Shown: positions 35,165 to 46,605 of the stretch, piece by piece
How positions within the stretch are numbered: position 1 is the first letter of the stretch
Layout of the letters: every line of letters starts with the position of its first letter
NCBI RefSeq assembly: GCF_024700885.2
Contig: NZ_CP117016.1
Length of the DNA stretch: 64,000 nucleotides
Source: Escherichia coli
Lineage (GTDB): Bacteria; Pseudomonadota; Gammaproteobacteria; Enterobacterales; Enterobacteriaceae
Strand: one strand, 5' to 3'
Translations under genes and position numbers: made by a program
The notes under the pieces: model-generated
The model's input: only the letters and a program-made list of their open reading frames with translations
Told to the model about the DNA's origin: nothing
Database searches by the model: none

Positions 35165-37303
35165 TTAACCTATCTGCCCATTTCCCAAATGTTTAACGCG
35201 GCGCTTAACTTCTTCCTGCTTACCAGCGTTAAACGGACGTGCATCCGGGCTACCTAAATATCCGCACACGCGGCGAGTCACCGATACACGGGAGGTGTCA
35301 TGGTTACCACATTTCGGACAAGTGAAGCCTTTACTAGTGCACTCGAACTCACCGGTAAAGCCACACTCGTAGCACTCATCGATCGGCGTATTGGTGCCGT
35401 AATACGGTACATGCTGATAGCTGTAATCCCAGACATCTTCCAGCGCCTTCAGGTTGTGCTGAATGTTTGGATACTCGCCGTAGCAAATGAAACCACCGTT
35501 CGCCAGCGGCGGGTAAGGCGCTTCAAAGTCGATCTTGTCGTATGGGTTCACCTTCTTCTCCACATCGAGGTGGAAACTGTTGGTGTAGTAACCTTTATCG
35601 GTCACGCCCGGCACCACGCCAAACTCAGCGGTATCGAGACGGCAGAAGCGGTCGCACAGGTTTTCACTTGGCGTGCTGTAGAGACTGAAACCGTAACCCG
35701 TTTCTTCTTTCCACTGATCCACTGCCTGACGCAGACGTTCAACAATTGCGATACCTTTCGCGCGAAGCTGCTCGTTGTCGTAAACATGCTCGCCGCCGAA
35801 CAGCGCGTTAATGGTTTCGTGGATGCCGATGTAACCCAGCGAAATAGACGCACGACCGTTTTTGAAGATTTCAGAAACATCATCGTCAGCATTGAGACGC
35901 ACGCCACAAGCACCTTCCATATAGAGGATCGGGGCCACGCGCGCTTTCACGCCTTCGAGACGAGCGATACGGGTCATCAGCGCTTTACGTGCCAGCACCA
36001 GACGTTCATCCAGCAGCTTCCAGAAGGTGGCTTCATCGCCTTTTGCTTCCAGAGCAATACGCGGCAGGTTCAGGCTGATCACGCCGAGGTTGTTACGACC
36101 ATCGTGGATCTGCTCGCCGTTTTCATTTTCCCACACGCCGAGGAAGCTGCGGCAGCCCATCGGGGTTTTAAACGAACCGGTGACTTTCACTACCTGATCG
36201 TAGTTCAGGATATCCGGATACATGCGCTTGCTTGCGCACTCCAGCGCCAGCTGTTTGATGTCGTAGTTCGGATCGCCTTTTTTATGGTTCAGACCATCGC
36301 GAATTGCAAACACCAGTTTCGGGAACACCGCAGTTTTACGGTTTTTACCGAGGCCTGCGATACGATTACGCAGGATAGATTCCTGAATCAGGCGCGATTC
36401 CCAGCTGGTGCCCAGACCAAAACCAAAGGTTACAAACGGTGTTTGACCGTTGGCGGTGTGCAGGGTGTTTACTTCGTACTCCAGCGACTGGAAGGCATCG
36501 TAGCACTCTTTGATGGTACGAGAGTTAGCGTAGCCTTCGGCGTCCGGGATGTTCCACTCTTCTGCGGTCTTGCGATGTTTGTTGTAGCTGGCGGTGACAA
36601 ACGGTGCCAGCACTTCATCGATACGGTTAATGGTGGTGCCGCCATAAATATGGCTGGCGACCTGGGCAATAATCTGCGCAGTTACCGCGGTTGCCGTAGA
36701 GATCGACTTCGGCGGTTCAATCTCGGCGTTCCCCATTTTAAAGCCCTGGGTCAGCATGCCTTTCAGGTCGATCAACATGCAGTTGAACATCGGGAAGAAC
36801 GGTGAGTAATCGAGATCGTGATAGTGAATATCACCACGTTCATGTGCCTGCACCACGTCACGCGGCAGCAGGTGCTGGCGTGCATAGTGTTTAGCCACGA
36901 TCCCGGCCAGCAGATCGCGCTGGGTTGGAATCACCTTGCTGTCTTTGTTGGCGTTTTCGTTGAGCAACGAGGAGTTGGTCTGCTCGACCAGACCACGGAT
37001 CTCCTGGTTCAGGCGGCCGCGTTTTTCACGTTCAATGTCGCGATCGTGACGGTACTCGATGTAAGCACGAGCCAGTTGTTTGTATGGACCCGACATCAGC
37101 TGGTTTTCAACTGCGGTCTGGATCTCATTGATATCCACCTGGTTGCGGCCCTGCATCTGCTCGCTGACAACCGCAGCAACAGTGGCGCAATAATCGGCAT
37201 CATCGACTTCCGCTGCTTTAGCTGCACGCAGAATCGCTTCTTTGATGCGCTCTGATTTAAACGGCACTTTGCAGCCGTCTCGTTTCATCACATGCGGTGT
37301 CAT
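35165..37303 (-). CDS. nrdD: Anaerobic ribonucleoside-triphosphate reductase (class III RNR)
   Basis: 712-aa ORF with C-terminal glycyl-radical region and Cys-rich zinc site. Confidence 0.95.
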   Translation of the reverse strand: MTPHVMKRDGCKVPFKSERIKEAILRAAKAAEVDDADYCATVAAVVSEQMQGRNQVDINEIQTAVENQLMSGPYKQLARAYIEYRHDRDIEREKRGRLNQEIRGLVEQTNSSLLNENANKDSKVIPTQRDLLAGIVAKHYARQHLLPRDVVQAHERGDIHYHDLDYSPFFPMFNCMLIDLKGMLTQGFKMGNAEIEPPKSISTATAVTAQIIAQVASHIYGGTTINRIDEVLAPFVTASYNKHRKTAEEWNIPDAEGYANSRTIKECYDAFQSLEYEVNTLHTANGQTPFVTFGFGLGTSWESRLIQESILRNRIAGLGKNRKTAVFPKLVFAIRDGLNHKKGDPNYDIKQLALECASKRMYPDILNYDQVVKVTGSFKTPMGCRSFLGVWENENGEQIHDGRNNLGVISLNLPRIALEAKGDEATFWKLLDERLVLARKALMTRIARLEGVKARVAPILYMEGACGVRLNADDDVSEIFKNGRASISLGYIGIHETINALFGGEHVYDNEQLRAKGIAIVERLRQAVDQWKEETGYGFSLYSTPSENLCDRFCRLDTAEFGVVPGVTDKGYYTNSFHLDVEKKVNPYDKIDFEAPYPPLANGGFICYGEYPNIQHNLKALEDVWDYSYQHVPYYGTNTPIDECYECGFTGEFECTSKGFTCPKCGNHDTSRVSVTRRVCGYLGSPDARPFNAGKQEEVKRRVKHLGNGQIG

Positions 37304-37538
37304 GATCGCTCCATATTTTTAAGAACAGGTTATCCACAGAAATTGGGAAAGGCGTTTTCCGGTTTTTTCGTTTCGTTTTCCGGTGCTTTCCGCAATCGCC
37401 ATCCGCTTATCCACAACGCCGCACCTTTTTCGTGGGGAGCTGTAGTAGCAATTATAGTCGATTAATACAACATATTGGGTTGGGACGCATTTTAAAGTCT
37501 ATATATAGTGCTTTGCATCAAGGATGTTTGAACTTTTT

Positions 37539-37552
37539 TTGATGTAGCTCAA
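37539..37552. promoter_or_regulatory. FNR-like site TTGAT-GTAG-CTCAA upstream of nrdD
   Basis: Close match to TTGAT-N4-ATCAA about 240 bp upstream of the nrdD start; whether it is a functional site is not established here. Confidence 0.35.
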
Positions 37553-37696
37553 AGTAAAAAGCAGAGCGTACGGATGACGGGCGCTACAGCGATATGTAAA
37601 TTTTTTAATGAATTTGCTGGTTGAAAAATCAACAAAAACAACATGCTGACAGACAAAACCCCGGAATGACCGGCATTACCGGGGTTTAGCGAAGAT

Positions 37697-39352
37697 TTAC
37701 TTTTGTAACCACCAGACAGCCTCAAAAGGCCGTAAAGTCATGGCGCAGGGTTGTGGTGAGGCTTCTTCGTAGTTATGCATCACAAGCTGCCAGTTGCCGC
37801 GCATTTGCCCTAGTTGCCAGGGTTGGATCTCACGGCTAAGGTTGGCAATGACCAACAAGGTTTGCCCCTTCCATTCACGGCGATAGCACCACAATACAGG
37901 GCTGTTTGGCAGCAGATCCTGGTAATCGCCCCATGTCAGAACGGCTTCTTGCTTACGCAGTGCGATTAACTTTTGGTAGGTGTAAAACACCGAGGACTCA
38001 TCGGTCAGCGCGGCTTCTACGTTGATTTGTTGATAGTTATCGCCTAGGCCAATCCACGGTTCGCCAGCCGTAAACCCGGCATTATCGCCGTTGGTCCATT
38101 GCATGGGTGTGCGACTGTTGTCACGGGATTTACTGGCGAGGATTGCCAATAACTCGTCGGCATCACGACCATCGTTGCGCAGCTCGGCAAACATATTGAG
38201 GCTCTCCACGTCGCGATAGTCAGTAATGCGCGTGAAATGCGGGTTGGTCATGCCAATCTCTTCGCCCTGGTAGATATACGGCGTTCCCTGCATGCCATGC
38301 AGCACCATCGCCAGCATTTTTGCCGCAGGCACGCGGTATTCACCTTCATCACCAAAGCGAGAAACAATGCGCGGCTGATCGTGGTTACACCAGAACAAGG
38401 CATTCCATGCCACGTTGTGCATTCCTTGTTGCCAGTGGCGGAACAATGTTTTCAACGCTACAAAGTCAGGTTTAGCCAGCGTCCATTTTTCACCACCGGG
38501 ATAATCGACTTTCAGGTGATGAAAATTAAAGGTCATCGACAATTCACTGCCTGTCAGTGCCGCGTATCGCTGGCAATGCTCAAGGCTGGTGGAGGACATT
38601 TCACCTACGGTCATTAACCCGCGTGGCGTAAACACATCGCGGTTCATCTCGTGCAAAAACTCGTGTGCTCGTGGCCCGTCGGTGTAGAAGCGACGCCCGT
38701 CGCCATCCAGGTCATCAGGGAAACGCGGGTCTTTGGAGATCAGATTCACCACATCCAGGCGCAACCCGTCGACCCCACGATCGGCCCAGAACTCACAGAC
38801 TTTTTTCAGCTCTGCGCGTACCGCTGGATTCTCCCAGTTGAGATCCGCCTGTTCTGGTGCAAAGAGATGCAAATAGTACTGTTCGCTTTCCGCATGCCAG
38901 CGCCACGCACTACCGCCAAATTTTGAACGCCAGTTGTTCGGTGGCGTTTCTGGTTCTCCATCGCGCCAGATATAAAACTGGCGGTAAGGGCTTGCTTTGT
39001 TCAGCGCCTCGCGAAACCAGGCATGTTGGGTAGAGGTATGGTTAAACACCATATCGAGAATGATACGAATCCCGCGCGATTTTGCCTGTGTCACCAGTTC
39101 GTCAAAATCGTCCAGCGTGCCGTAGGTGGGATCAATCGCTGTATAGTTCGCTACGTCGTAACCGTTATCGACCTGGGGAGAGACATAAAAGGGGGTTAGC
39201 CAGATGGCATCAACGCCCAGTTTATGCAGATAGTCCAGGCGCTGGATAACGCCACGTAAATCGCCGGTGCCGCTACCCGTGGTGTCCTGAAAACTCTTTG
39301 GATAAATCTGGTAGATAACGCCGTTTTGCCACCAGTGGGGAAGATTAGTCAT
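37697..39352 (-). CDS. treC: Trehalose-6-phosphate hydrolase
   Basis: Start moved to MTNLPHWWQNGV... for about 551 aa; GH13 alpha-amylase family. Confidence 0.95.
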   Translation of the reverse strand: MTNLPHWWQNGVIYQIYPKSFQDTTGSGTGDLRGVIQRLDYLHKLGVDAIWLTPFYVSPQVDNGYDVANYTAIDPTYGTLDDFDELVTQAKSRGIRIILDMVFNHTSTQHAWFREALNKASPYRQFYIWRDGEPETPPNNWRSKFGGSAWRWHAESEQYYLHLFAPEQADLNWENPAVRAELKKVCEFWADRGVDGLRLDVVNLISKDPRFPDDLDGDGRRFYTDGPRAHEFLHEMNRDVFTPRGLMTVGEMSSTSLEHCQRYAALTGSELSMTFNFHHLKVDYPGGEKWTLAKPDFVALKTLFRHWQQGMHNVAWNALFWCNHDQPRIVSRFGDEGEYRVPAAKMLAMVLHGMQGTPYIYQGEEIGMTNPHFTRITDYRDVESLNMFAELRNDGRDADELLAILASKSRDNSRTPMQWTNGDNAGFTAGEPWIGLGDNYQQINVEAALTDESSVFYTYQKLIALRKQEAVLTWGDYQDLLPNSPVLWCYRREWKGQTLLVIANLSREIQPWQLGQMRGNWQLVMHNYEEASPQPCAMTLRPFEAVWWLQK

Positions 39353-39401
39353 TACGTTATTCCTGCAAATGCGAGGGGGCGCAATTGCGCCCCGAAGAAA
39401 A

Positions 39402-40823
39402 TTAAACAATGTCCAGCGTGCCCAGGCGGTATTTCCGCTGATAGATAAACGAGGTGAGTACAATCGGGATGATGATGGCGATAGCCATTGCCAGCGCAAA
39501 CACCTGCCAGTAGCTCGGTTGAATCGAGAGAATTCCCGGCAGGCCGCCTACGCCAATGCCATTCGCCATAACGCCGTTCAGGCCGCATAGCAATCCTGCC
39601 AGACCAGAACCAATCATCGCGCACAGCATCGGGAAGCGATATTTCAGGTTGATGCCGTACATAGCAGGCTCAGTGACTCCAAGCCAGGCGGAGATAGCGG
39701 CAGGCACGGAGATCTCGCGTTCATTGTGCTTGCGGCTGGAAATGATAATGCCTATCACGGCGGAACCCTGAGCGATATTCGACAGCGCAATCAGCGGCCA
39801 CACTGGCGTACCACCCATGCTTTGAATCATCTGCAAATCAATAGCAAGCGTGGTCTGATGTACGCCGGTGATCACCAGCGGGGCGTACAGGAAGCCAAAC
39901 AATGCCGCGCCAATCGGAGCAAAGCTGCCGGTCATCAGGTGACGTACCGCAAAGGCAACGCCATCGCCAATCATGCGACCAAACGGACCAATCAGCGCAT
40001 GGGCGAGGAACACCGCGAGGATCAGCGAACAAACGGGCACCACCACCAGATAGAGGTAATCCGGCACGATGCGCTTAAGACGAGTTTCAATAACGCCCAG
40101 CGCCAGCCCGGCTAACAGTGCCGGGATCACCTGCGCCTGATAGCCCACTTTGGCGATGCTGAACATGCCAAAGTCCCACACTTCCGGCAGCTGCTGCCCG
40201 AGCAGATAAGCGTTCATCAGCTGTGGAGAAACCAGCGTTACGCCAAGCACGATACCAAGGATCGGCGTGCCGCCCATTTTTTTCACCGCTGACCAGCAAA
40301 TCCCGACCGGCAGGTAGAAGAAGATCGCTTCACCGATCAACCACAGAAAATCGTAGATCGTTTGCAGGGAAGGGTACATTTGCGCCAGCGTTTGACCGTT
40401 GCTCATGGGCAAATCGCCGATCACATTGCGAAAACCGAGGATCAAACCGCCGCTAATCAACGCGGGCAGCAACGGGAAGAAAATCTCCGCGAAATGAGAG
40501 ATCAACTGCTCATGCCATTTCATATTCTGCCGGGCGGCTTTTTTTACCTGCTCTTTATCAACCTGCGCCTGTCCGGTTGACGCTATCAGTGCTTGATAGT
40601 AATCACCCACGTTGGTGCCAATCACCACCTGAAATTGCCCGGCATTGGTGAAACAGCCTTTCACCATGGGGAGTTGCTCAATTTCTTTCGGTCTGGCATT
40701 GGCCGGTTGGTTGAGGACAAAGCGCAGACGAGTAATACAGTGGCTCACCGTCGCAATATTGCCGCGCCCGCCGACCAGTTCAATCAACCGATCGATATCC
40801 GTTTGGTTTATTTTGCTCATCAT
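39402..40823 (-). CDS. treB: PTS trehalose-specific EIIBC component
   Basis: 473-aa ORF with N-terminal EIIB Cys motif (CITRLR) and EIIC membrane domain. Confidence 0.95.
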   Translation of the reverse strand: MMSKINQTDIDRLIELVGGRGNIATVSHCITRLRFVLNQPANARPKEIEQLPMVKGCFTNAGQFQVVIGTNVGDYYQALIASTGQAQVDKEQVKKAARQNMKWHEQLISHFAEIFFPLLPALISGGLILGFRNVIGDLPMSNGQTLAQMYPSLQTIYDFLWLIGEAIFFYLPVGICWSAVKKMGGTPILGIVLGVTLVSPQLMNAYLLGQQLPEVWDFGMFSIAKVGYQAQVIPALLAGLALGVIETRLKRIVPDYLYLVVVPVCSLILAVFLAHALIGPFGRMIGDGVAFAVRHLMTGSFAPIGAALFGFLYAPLVITGVHQTTLAIDLQMIQSMGGTPVWPLIALSNIAQGSAVIGIIISSRKHNEREISVPAAISAWLGVTEPAMYGINLKYRFPMLCAMIGSGLAGLLCGLNGVMANGIGVGGLPGILSIQPSYWQVFALAMAIAIIIPIVLTSFIYQRKYRLGTLDIV

Positions 40824-40941
40824 AAAGCCCCATGGCAGATGACATTTTTGGTTGGCTGCAGAATATATTGCGCTGAAAAATTTAAAAACGGGAACGTTCC
40901 CGAAACGCAGCGAAGATCACAATTTATCGTTCAGGAAACGA

Positions 40942-41889
40942 TCAGGACAGGGTGGCGGGAATGATGATTTGTTGCGGTTCGCTGCGCCCGGTTACCTGCG
41001 CGATCAACTGGCAGGCCGCCTGGCGTCCAGCTTCGGCGTAACCGGGATCTACGGTGACGATCTCCGGATGGAGGAATTTCATTAACGGCGTATTACCGAC
41101 GCTCGCCAGTTGCAAGGTGTCGATGCGTTGCTCTTGCAGGTATTTACTTGCGCCAAGTGCCAGCGTGTCGGTTGCGCACAGTAACGCGGTAGTTTCAGGC
41201 GTAATCACTTTTGCTACGTTCTCATAGCCTTGCTTCATAGCAAGCCCTGGCAGAGCGGCAACGGGATGCAATTTATGCGCTTTGCAGAACGCCAGGTAGG
41301 CTTCGTGACGTCGCTTACCGGTCGTCACGTCACTGTGCGGCACGCCGAGATAACTGATATTACGATGTCCCTGGTCATACAGCCGTTGCATCAGGATCTT
41401 GATTGCCCCTTCGTCGTCATAACAGACCGAAGCAAAGCCTTTTGCGTCACGCGCCAGCAGAACCAGCGATGACTGCCAGTGGGCTAACATTTCTTCTGTT
41501 ATGCCGGTAAAACCGAACAGCACTACGCCGTCGATATTACGCCGTTTCAGCACCCCCAAATGTTCGGCAACTAATTGCGGGGAAAACTGACTTTCCATCA
41601 TGATTGGGTCGTAACCTTGTTCATAGAACGCTGGCAGCATGGTTTGAACGGCGAGATTTTCTGACAACGAATCCAGACGGGTAACAATGATGGCGACCAC
41701 TTTATCGCTTTGACCACGCATAGCGCGCGCAGAGCGGGAAGGGGAAAATCCATGCTGATTCATCACTGCTTCAACACGCTCGCGCGTGCGCTGGCTCACG
41801 CCGCTTTCGTTATTCAGCACCCGGGAAACCGTAGATTTCCCCACGCCGCTTAAGCGCGCGATGTCTTTGATGGTCAGCCGATTTTGCAT
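40942..41889 (-). CDS. treR: Trehalose operon repressor (LacI family)
   Basis: 315-aa ORF with N-terminal helix-turn-helix. Confidence 0.95.
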   Translation of the reverse strand: MQNRLTIKDIARLSGVGKSTVSRVLNNESGVSQRTRERVEAVMNQHGFSPSRSARAMRGQSDKVVAIIVTRLDSLSENLAVQTMLPAFYEQGYDPIMMESQFSPQLVAEHLGVLKRRNIDGVVLFGFTGITEEMLAHWQSSLVLLARDAKGFASVCYDDEGAIKILMQRLYDQGHRNISYLGVPHSDVTTGKRRHEAYLAFCKAHKLHPVAALPGLAMKQGYENVAKVITPETTALLCATDTLALGASKYLQEQRIDTLQLASVGNTPLMKFLHPEIVTVDPGYAEAGRQAACQLIAQVTGRSEPQQIIIPATLS

Positions 41890-41999
41890 CCTGTTGTCCC
41901 GTAACGTGTTGTTTAATTATTTGAGCCTAACTTTACCCGTGCATTCAGCAATGGGTAAAGTCTGGTTTATCGTTGGTTTAGTTGCCAGCAGGTATTATA

Positions 42000-42267
42000 T
42001 CGCCATAGATGCTACGAATATTATTGGATTCTCCTTATTATTTGCGGCGCTTTTTTCACTTACCGGAGGTTATATGGAACCTGATCCCACGCCTCTCCCT
42101 CGACGGAGATTAAAACTTTTCCGGTAAGCCCGTCTTTTCACGGCGTTACCGGATGCGTAAGGCCGTGACGTTTTAACGTCCCTGCTCAGCTTTATTACCT
42201 TCAGGTAAGGCTTCGCCACGCCTGAAGACATTTCTGTACTGTTTCAGACAGTGCGGAGGGACTCCTT
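42000..42267 (+). promoter_or_regulatory. mgtA 5' leader (Mg2+/proline-responsive attenuator region), extent approximate
   Basis: Long untranslated leader containing the Pro-rich leader ORF mgtL immediately upstream of mgtA. Confidence 0.55.
42074..42127 (+). CDS. mgtL: mgtA leader peptide MgtL ([17 protein letters not shown])
   Basis: 17-codon Pro-rich ORF with GGAGG RBS, inside the mgtA leader. Confidence 0.8.
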
Positions 42268-44964
42268 ATGTTTAAAGAAATTTTTACCCGGTTCATTCGC
42301 CATTTACCTTCCCGTCTGGTTCATCGCGATCCATTGCCTGGCGCGCAGCAGACAGTGAATACGGCGGTCCCGCCGTCCTTAAGTGCGCATTGCCTGAAAA
42401 TGGCGGTGATGCCCGAAGAAGAATTGTGGAAAACGTTCGACACCCATCCGGAAGGATTAAATCAGGCGGAAGTGGAATCTGCCCGCGAACAACATGGTGA
42501 AAATAAATTACCCGCACAACAACCGTCGCCGTGGTGGGTACATTTATGGGTCTGCTATCGCAACCCCTTTAATATTTTACTCACCATTCTCGGCGCTATT
42601 TCTTACGCCACGGAAGATTTATTTGCCGCGGGCGTTATCGCGCTAATGGTCGCTATTTCTACGTTGCTGAACTTTATTCAGGAAGCACGTTCCACTAAAG
42701 CGGCAGATGCCCTGAAAGCGATGGTCAGCAATACTGCGACGGTGCTGCGCGTAATTAACGACAAAGGCGAAAATGGCTGGCTGGAGATCCCGATCGACCA
42801 GCTGGTGCCCGGCGATATTATAAAACTGGCGGCAGGGGATATGATCCCGGCAGATTTACGTATCTTGCAGGCGCGGGATCTGTTCGTCGCTCAGGCGTCG
42901 TTAACCGGTGAGTCTCTGCCCGTGGAAAAAGCCGCTACCACTCGCCAGCCGGAGCACAGCAATCCGCTGGAGTGCGACACGCTGTGTTTTATGGGCACCA
43001 CCGTGGTGAGCGGCACGGCACAAGCAATGGTGATTGCTACAGGTGCCAACACCTGGTTTGGTCAACTGGCGGGGCGTGTTAGTGAGCAGGAAAGCGAGCC
43101 GAATGCCTTTCAGCAAGGGATCAGCCGCGTCAGTATGCTGCTGATTCGCTTTATGCTGGTGATGGCTCCGGTGGTGTTGCTTATCAACGGTTACACCAAA
43201 GGTGACTGGTGGGAAGCGGCACTGTTTGCGCTTTCGGTCGCGGTAGGCTTAACGCCAGAAATGTTGCCGATGATTGTTACCTCGACGCTGGCGCGCGGCG
43301 CAGTAAAGCTGTCGAAACAGAAAGTGATCGTCAAACATCTGGATGCCATTCAGAACTTTGGCGCAATGGATATTCTGTGCACTGATAAAACCGGCACCCT
43401 GACACAGGATAAAATTGTGCTGGAGAATCATACCGATATCTCCGGTAAAACCAGCGAACGCGTGCTGCATAGCGCGTGGTTGAACAGTCATTACCAGACC
43501 GGACTTAAAAACCTGCTTGATACCGCGGTGCTCGAAGGTACGGATGAAGAGTCAGCGCGTTCGCTGGCCAGCCGTTGGCAAAAAATTGATGAGATTCCGT
43601 TTGATTTCGAGCGTCGCCGGATGTCGGTGGTAGTGGCAGAAAATACCGAACACCATCAGCTGGTTTGCAAAGGCGCATTGCAGGAAATCCTCAATGTGTG
43701 TTCGCAAGTGCGTCACAATGGCGAGATTGTACCGCTCGATGACACCATGCTACGTAAGATTAAGCGGGTTACTGATACGCTGAATCGTCAGGGGCTGCGC
43801 GTGGTTGCGGTTGCGACGAAATACCTGCCAGCGCGTGAAGGAGATTACCAGCGAGCGGATGAATCCGACCTGATCCTCGAAGGATATATTGCTTTCCTTG
43901 ATCCGCCAAAAGAGACAACTGCTCCGGCACTGAAGGCATTAAAATCGAGTGGAATTACCGTAAAAATCCTTACTGGCGACAGTGAGTTAGTTGCAGCGAA
44001 AGTGTGCCATGAAGTGGGGCTGGACGCGGGAGAGGTGGTCATTGGTAGTGATATTGAAACGCTATCTGACGACGAACTGGCAAATCTCGCACAGCGCACC
44101 ACGCTGTTTGCTCGCCTGACGCCGATGCATAAAGAACGCATTGTGACCTTACTGAAGCGCGAAGGGCATGTGGTTGGCTTTATGGGCGATGGTATTAATG
44201 ATGCGCCCGCCTTACGTGCTGCGGATATCGGCATTTCTGTGGACGGCGCGGTAGATATTGCCCGTGAAGCGGCTGATATCATCCTGCTGGAAAAAAGCCT
44301 GATGGTGCTGGAAGAGGGGGTTATTGAGGGACGTCGCACTTTCGCCAACATGCTGAAATACATCAAAATGACGGCGAGCTCTAACTTCGGTAATGTGTTC
44401 AGCGTGCTGGTGGCGAGTGCTTTCTTGCCCTTCCTGCCGATGTTGCCGTTACACTTGCTTATTCAGAACCTGCTGTACGATGTGTCACAGGTGGCGATCC
44501 CGTTTGATAACGTCGACGACGAGCAAATTCAAAAGCCGCAGCGTTGGAATCCGGCGGATCTGGGGCGCTTTATGATCTTCTTCGGACCGATCAGCTCGAT
44601 CTTCGATATTCTGACGTTTTGCCTGATGTGGTGGGTATTCCATGCCAACACGCCGGAAACGCAAACGCTGTTCCAGTCGGGCTGGTTTGTGGTGGGCTTA
44701 CTGTCGCAAACGCTGATTGTGCATATGATCCGCACCCGTCGTGTACCGTTTATTCAGAGCTGTGCATCGTGGCCGTTAATGATCATGACCGTGATCGTGA
44801 TGATTGTCGGGATCGCATTGCCGTTTTCACCGCTGGCCAGTTATCTGCAGCTGCAGGCGCTGCCGTTAAGCTATTTCCCGTGGCTGGTTGCGATTCTGGC
44901 AGGGTATATGACGTTAACCCAGTTGGTGAAAGGGTTCTATAGCCGTCGTTACGGCTGGCAGTAA
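42268..44964 (+). CDS. mgtA: Mg2+-importing P-type ATPase
   Basis: 898-aa ORF with DKTGTLT phosphorylation motif and GDGINDAPAL motif. Confidence 0.95.
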   Translation: MFKEIFTRFIRHLPSRLVHRDPLPGAQQTVNTAVPPSLSAHCLKMAVMPEEELWKTFDTHPEGLNQAEVESAREQHGENKLPAQQPSPWWVHLWVCYRNPFNILLTILGAISYATEDLFAAGVIALMVAISTLLNFIQEARSTKAADALKAMVSNTATVLRVINDKGENGWLEIPIDQLVPGDIIKLAAGDMIPADLRILQARDLFVAQASLTGESLPVEKAATTRQPEHSNPLECDTLCFMGTTVVSGTAQAMVIATGANTWFGQLAGRVSEQESEPNAFQQGISRVSMLLIRFMLVMAPVVLLINGYTKGDWWEAALFALSVAVGLTPEMLPMIVTSTLARGAVKLSKQKVIVKHLDAIQNFGAMDILCTDKTGTLTQDKIVLENHTDISGKTSERVLHSAWLNSHYQTGLKNLLDTAVLEGTDEESARSLASRWQKIDEIPFDFERRRMSVVVAENTEHHQLVCKGALQEILNVCSQVRHNGEIVPLDDTMLRKIKRVTDTLNRQGLRVVAVATKYLPAREGDYQRADESDLILEGYIAFLDPPKETTAPALKALKSSGITVKILTGDSELVAAKVCHEVGLDAGEVVIGSDIETLSDDELANLAQRTTLFARLTPMHKERIVTLLKREGHVVGFMGDGINDAPALRAADIGISVDGAVDIAREAADIILLEKSLMVLEEGVIEGRRTFANMLKYIKMTASSNFGNVFSVLVASAFLPFLPMLPLHLLIQNLLYDVSQVAIPFDNVDDEQIQKPQRWNPADLGRFMIFFGPISSIFDILTFCLMWWVFHANTPETQTLFQSGWFVVGLLSQTLIVHMIRTRRVPFIQSCASWPLMIMTVIVMIVGIALPFSPLASYLQLQALPLSYFPWLVAILAGYMTLTQLVKGFYSRRYGWQ

Positions 44965-45019
44965 AGAATAAACTGGGCATGGTGGCCCGGATTCAGATTG
45001 CAGACAAAGTGAGCTTTGT

Positions 45020-45039
45020 TCATGCCGGATGCGGCGTAA
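45020..45039. repeat. Left half of a REP unit interrupted by the IS insertion
   Basis: ...GCCGGATGCGGCGTAA directly abuts the IS left inverted repeat; the rest of the REP (ACGCC...ATCCGGCCTACA) resumes after the IS right end. Confidence 0.55.
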
Positions 45040-45090
45040 TGAACTGCACCCCAAATGTTGGACATAATCTGACATCTGAAGGTGCAGTTT

Positions 45091-45612
45091 ATGAAACATT
45101 CATTTGAAGTAAAACTTGCCGCTGTAAATCATTACCTGGCTGGTCATGCAGGCATCATTTCTACGGCAAAACTCTTTCAACTTTCTCACACCAGCCTCTC
45201 ACACTGGATTAATCTTTTTCTTCTTCACGGTCCTCGGGCACTGGATTGCAGACACAAGCGTAGCTATTCTCCTGAAGATAAACTTTGCGTGGTTCTTTAT
45301 GCTCTCGGGCATTCTGAGTCTCTACCCCGGGTAGCTGCCCGGTTTAATATTCCCAGCCACAACACGGTTAAAAACTGGATAAAAGGCTACCGCAAATCTG
45401 GTAATGAGGCCTTTATCAGGCGCAGGAAGGAGAAAAGCATGACCCGTTCTGATGATACCCATGAAAACGAGGCAAACATGACGCCGGAAGAGATGAAGAA
45501 TGAGCTGCGTTATCTTCGCGCAGAAAATGCATATCTGAAAGCCATGCAGGAGCATCTCCTGGAAAAAAAGCGCCAGGAGCTGGAGAAAAAACGAAAGTCA
45601 TCCGGAGCCTGA
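45091..45612 (+). CDS. insJ: IS3-family transposase OrfA (InsJ-like, helix-turn-helix)
   Basis: ATG at 45091 with AAGGTG RBS; protein recognised as IS150 InsJ-like from memory; ends downstream of the slippery heptamer. Confidence 0.8.
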   Translation: MKHSFEVKLAAVNHYLAGHAGIISTAKLFQLSHTSLSHWINLFLLHGPRALDCRHKRSYSPEDKLCVVLYALGHSESLPRVAARFNIPSHNTVKNWIKGYRKSGNEAFIRRRKEKSMTRSDDTHENEANMTPEEMKNELRYLRAENAYLKAMQEHLLEKKRQELEKKRKSSGA

Positions 45613-45716
45613 GGTGCGGACACTGCCAGCCTGACCTGTTAAAGGCTGCAGGGCTGGCCAGAAGCACGCTGTACTACCAGCTGTCACTGCAGAAGGCTAA
45701 GGACAAGTATGCTGAT

Positions 45717-46471
<755 letters not shown>

Positions 46472-46600
46472 GTAAACGCCCAATCCGGCCTACAAATTCA
46501 ATAAATTGCAGGAATCACATAGGCCTGATAAGCGTAGCGCATCGGGCGATTTTGCTTTTGTCATCAGACTTAATCCGGGCATGATAGCCCGGATTTCCGT
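46472..46600. repeat. Remainder of the interrupted REP plus further REP-like units
   Basis: ACGCCCAATCCGGCCTACA... and GCCTGATAAGCGTAGCGCATC... between the IS and ridA. Confidence 0.5.
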
Positions 46601-46605
46601 CAAGA

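Noticed and set aside
35300-36805. 501-aa plus-strand ORF
   Set aside because: Entirely antisense to nrdD, which is the recognisable conserved gene here; long antisense frames are expected in GC-rich coding DNA.
39353-39499. 49-codon upstream extension of treC
   Set aside because: It overlaps the treB 3' end; TreC identity begins at MTNLPHWW.
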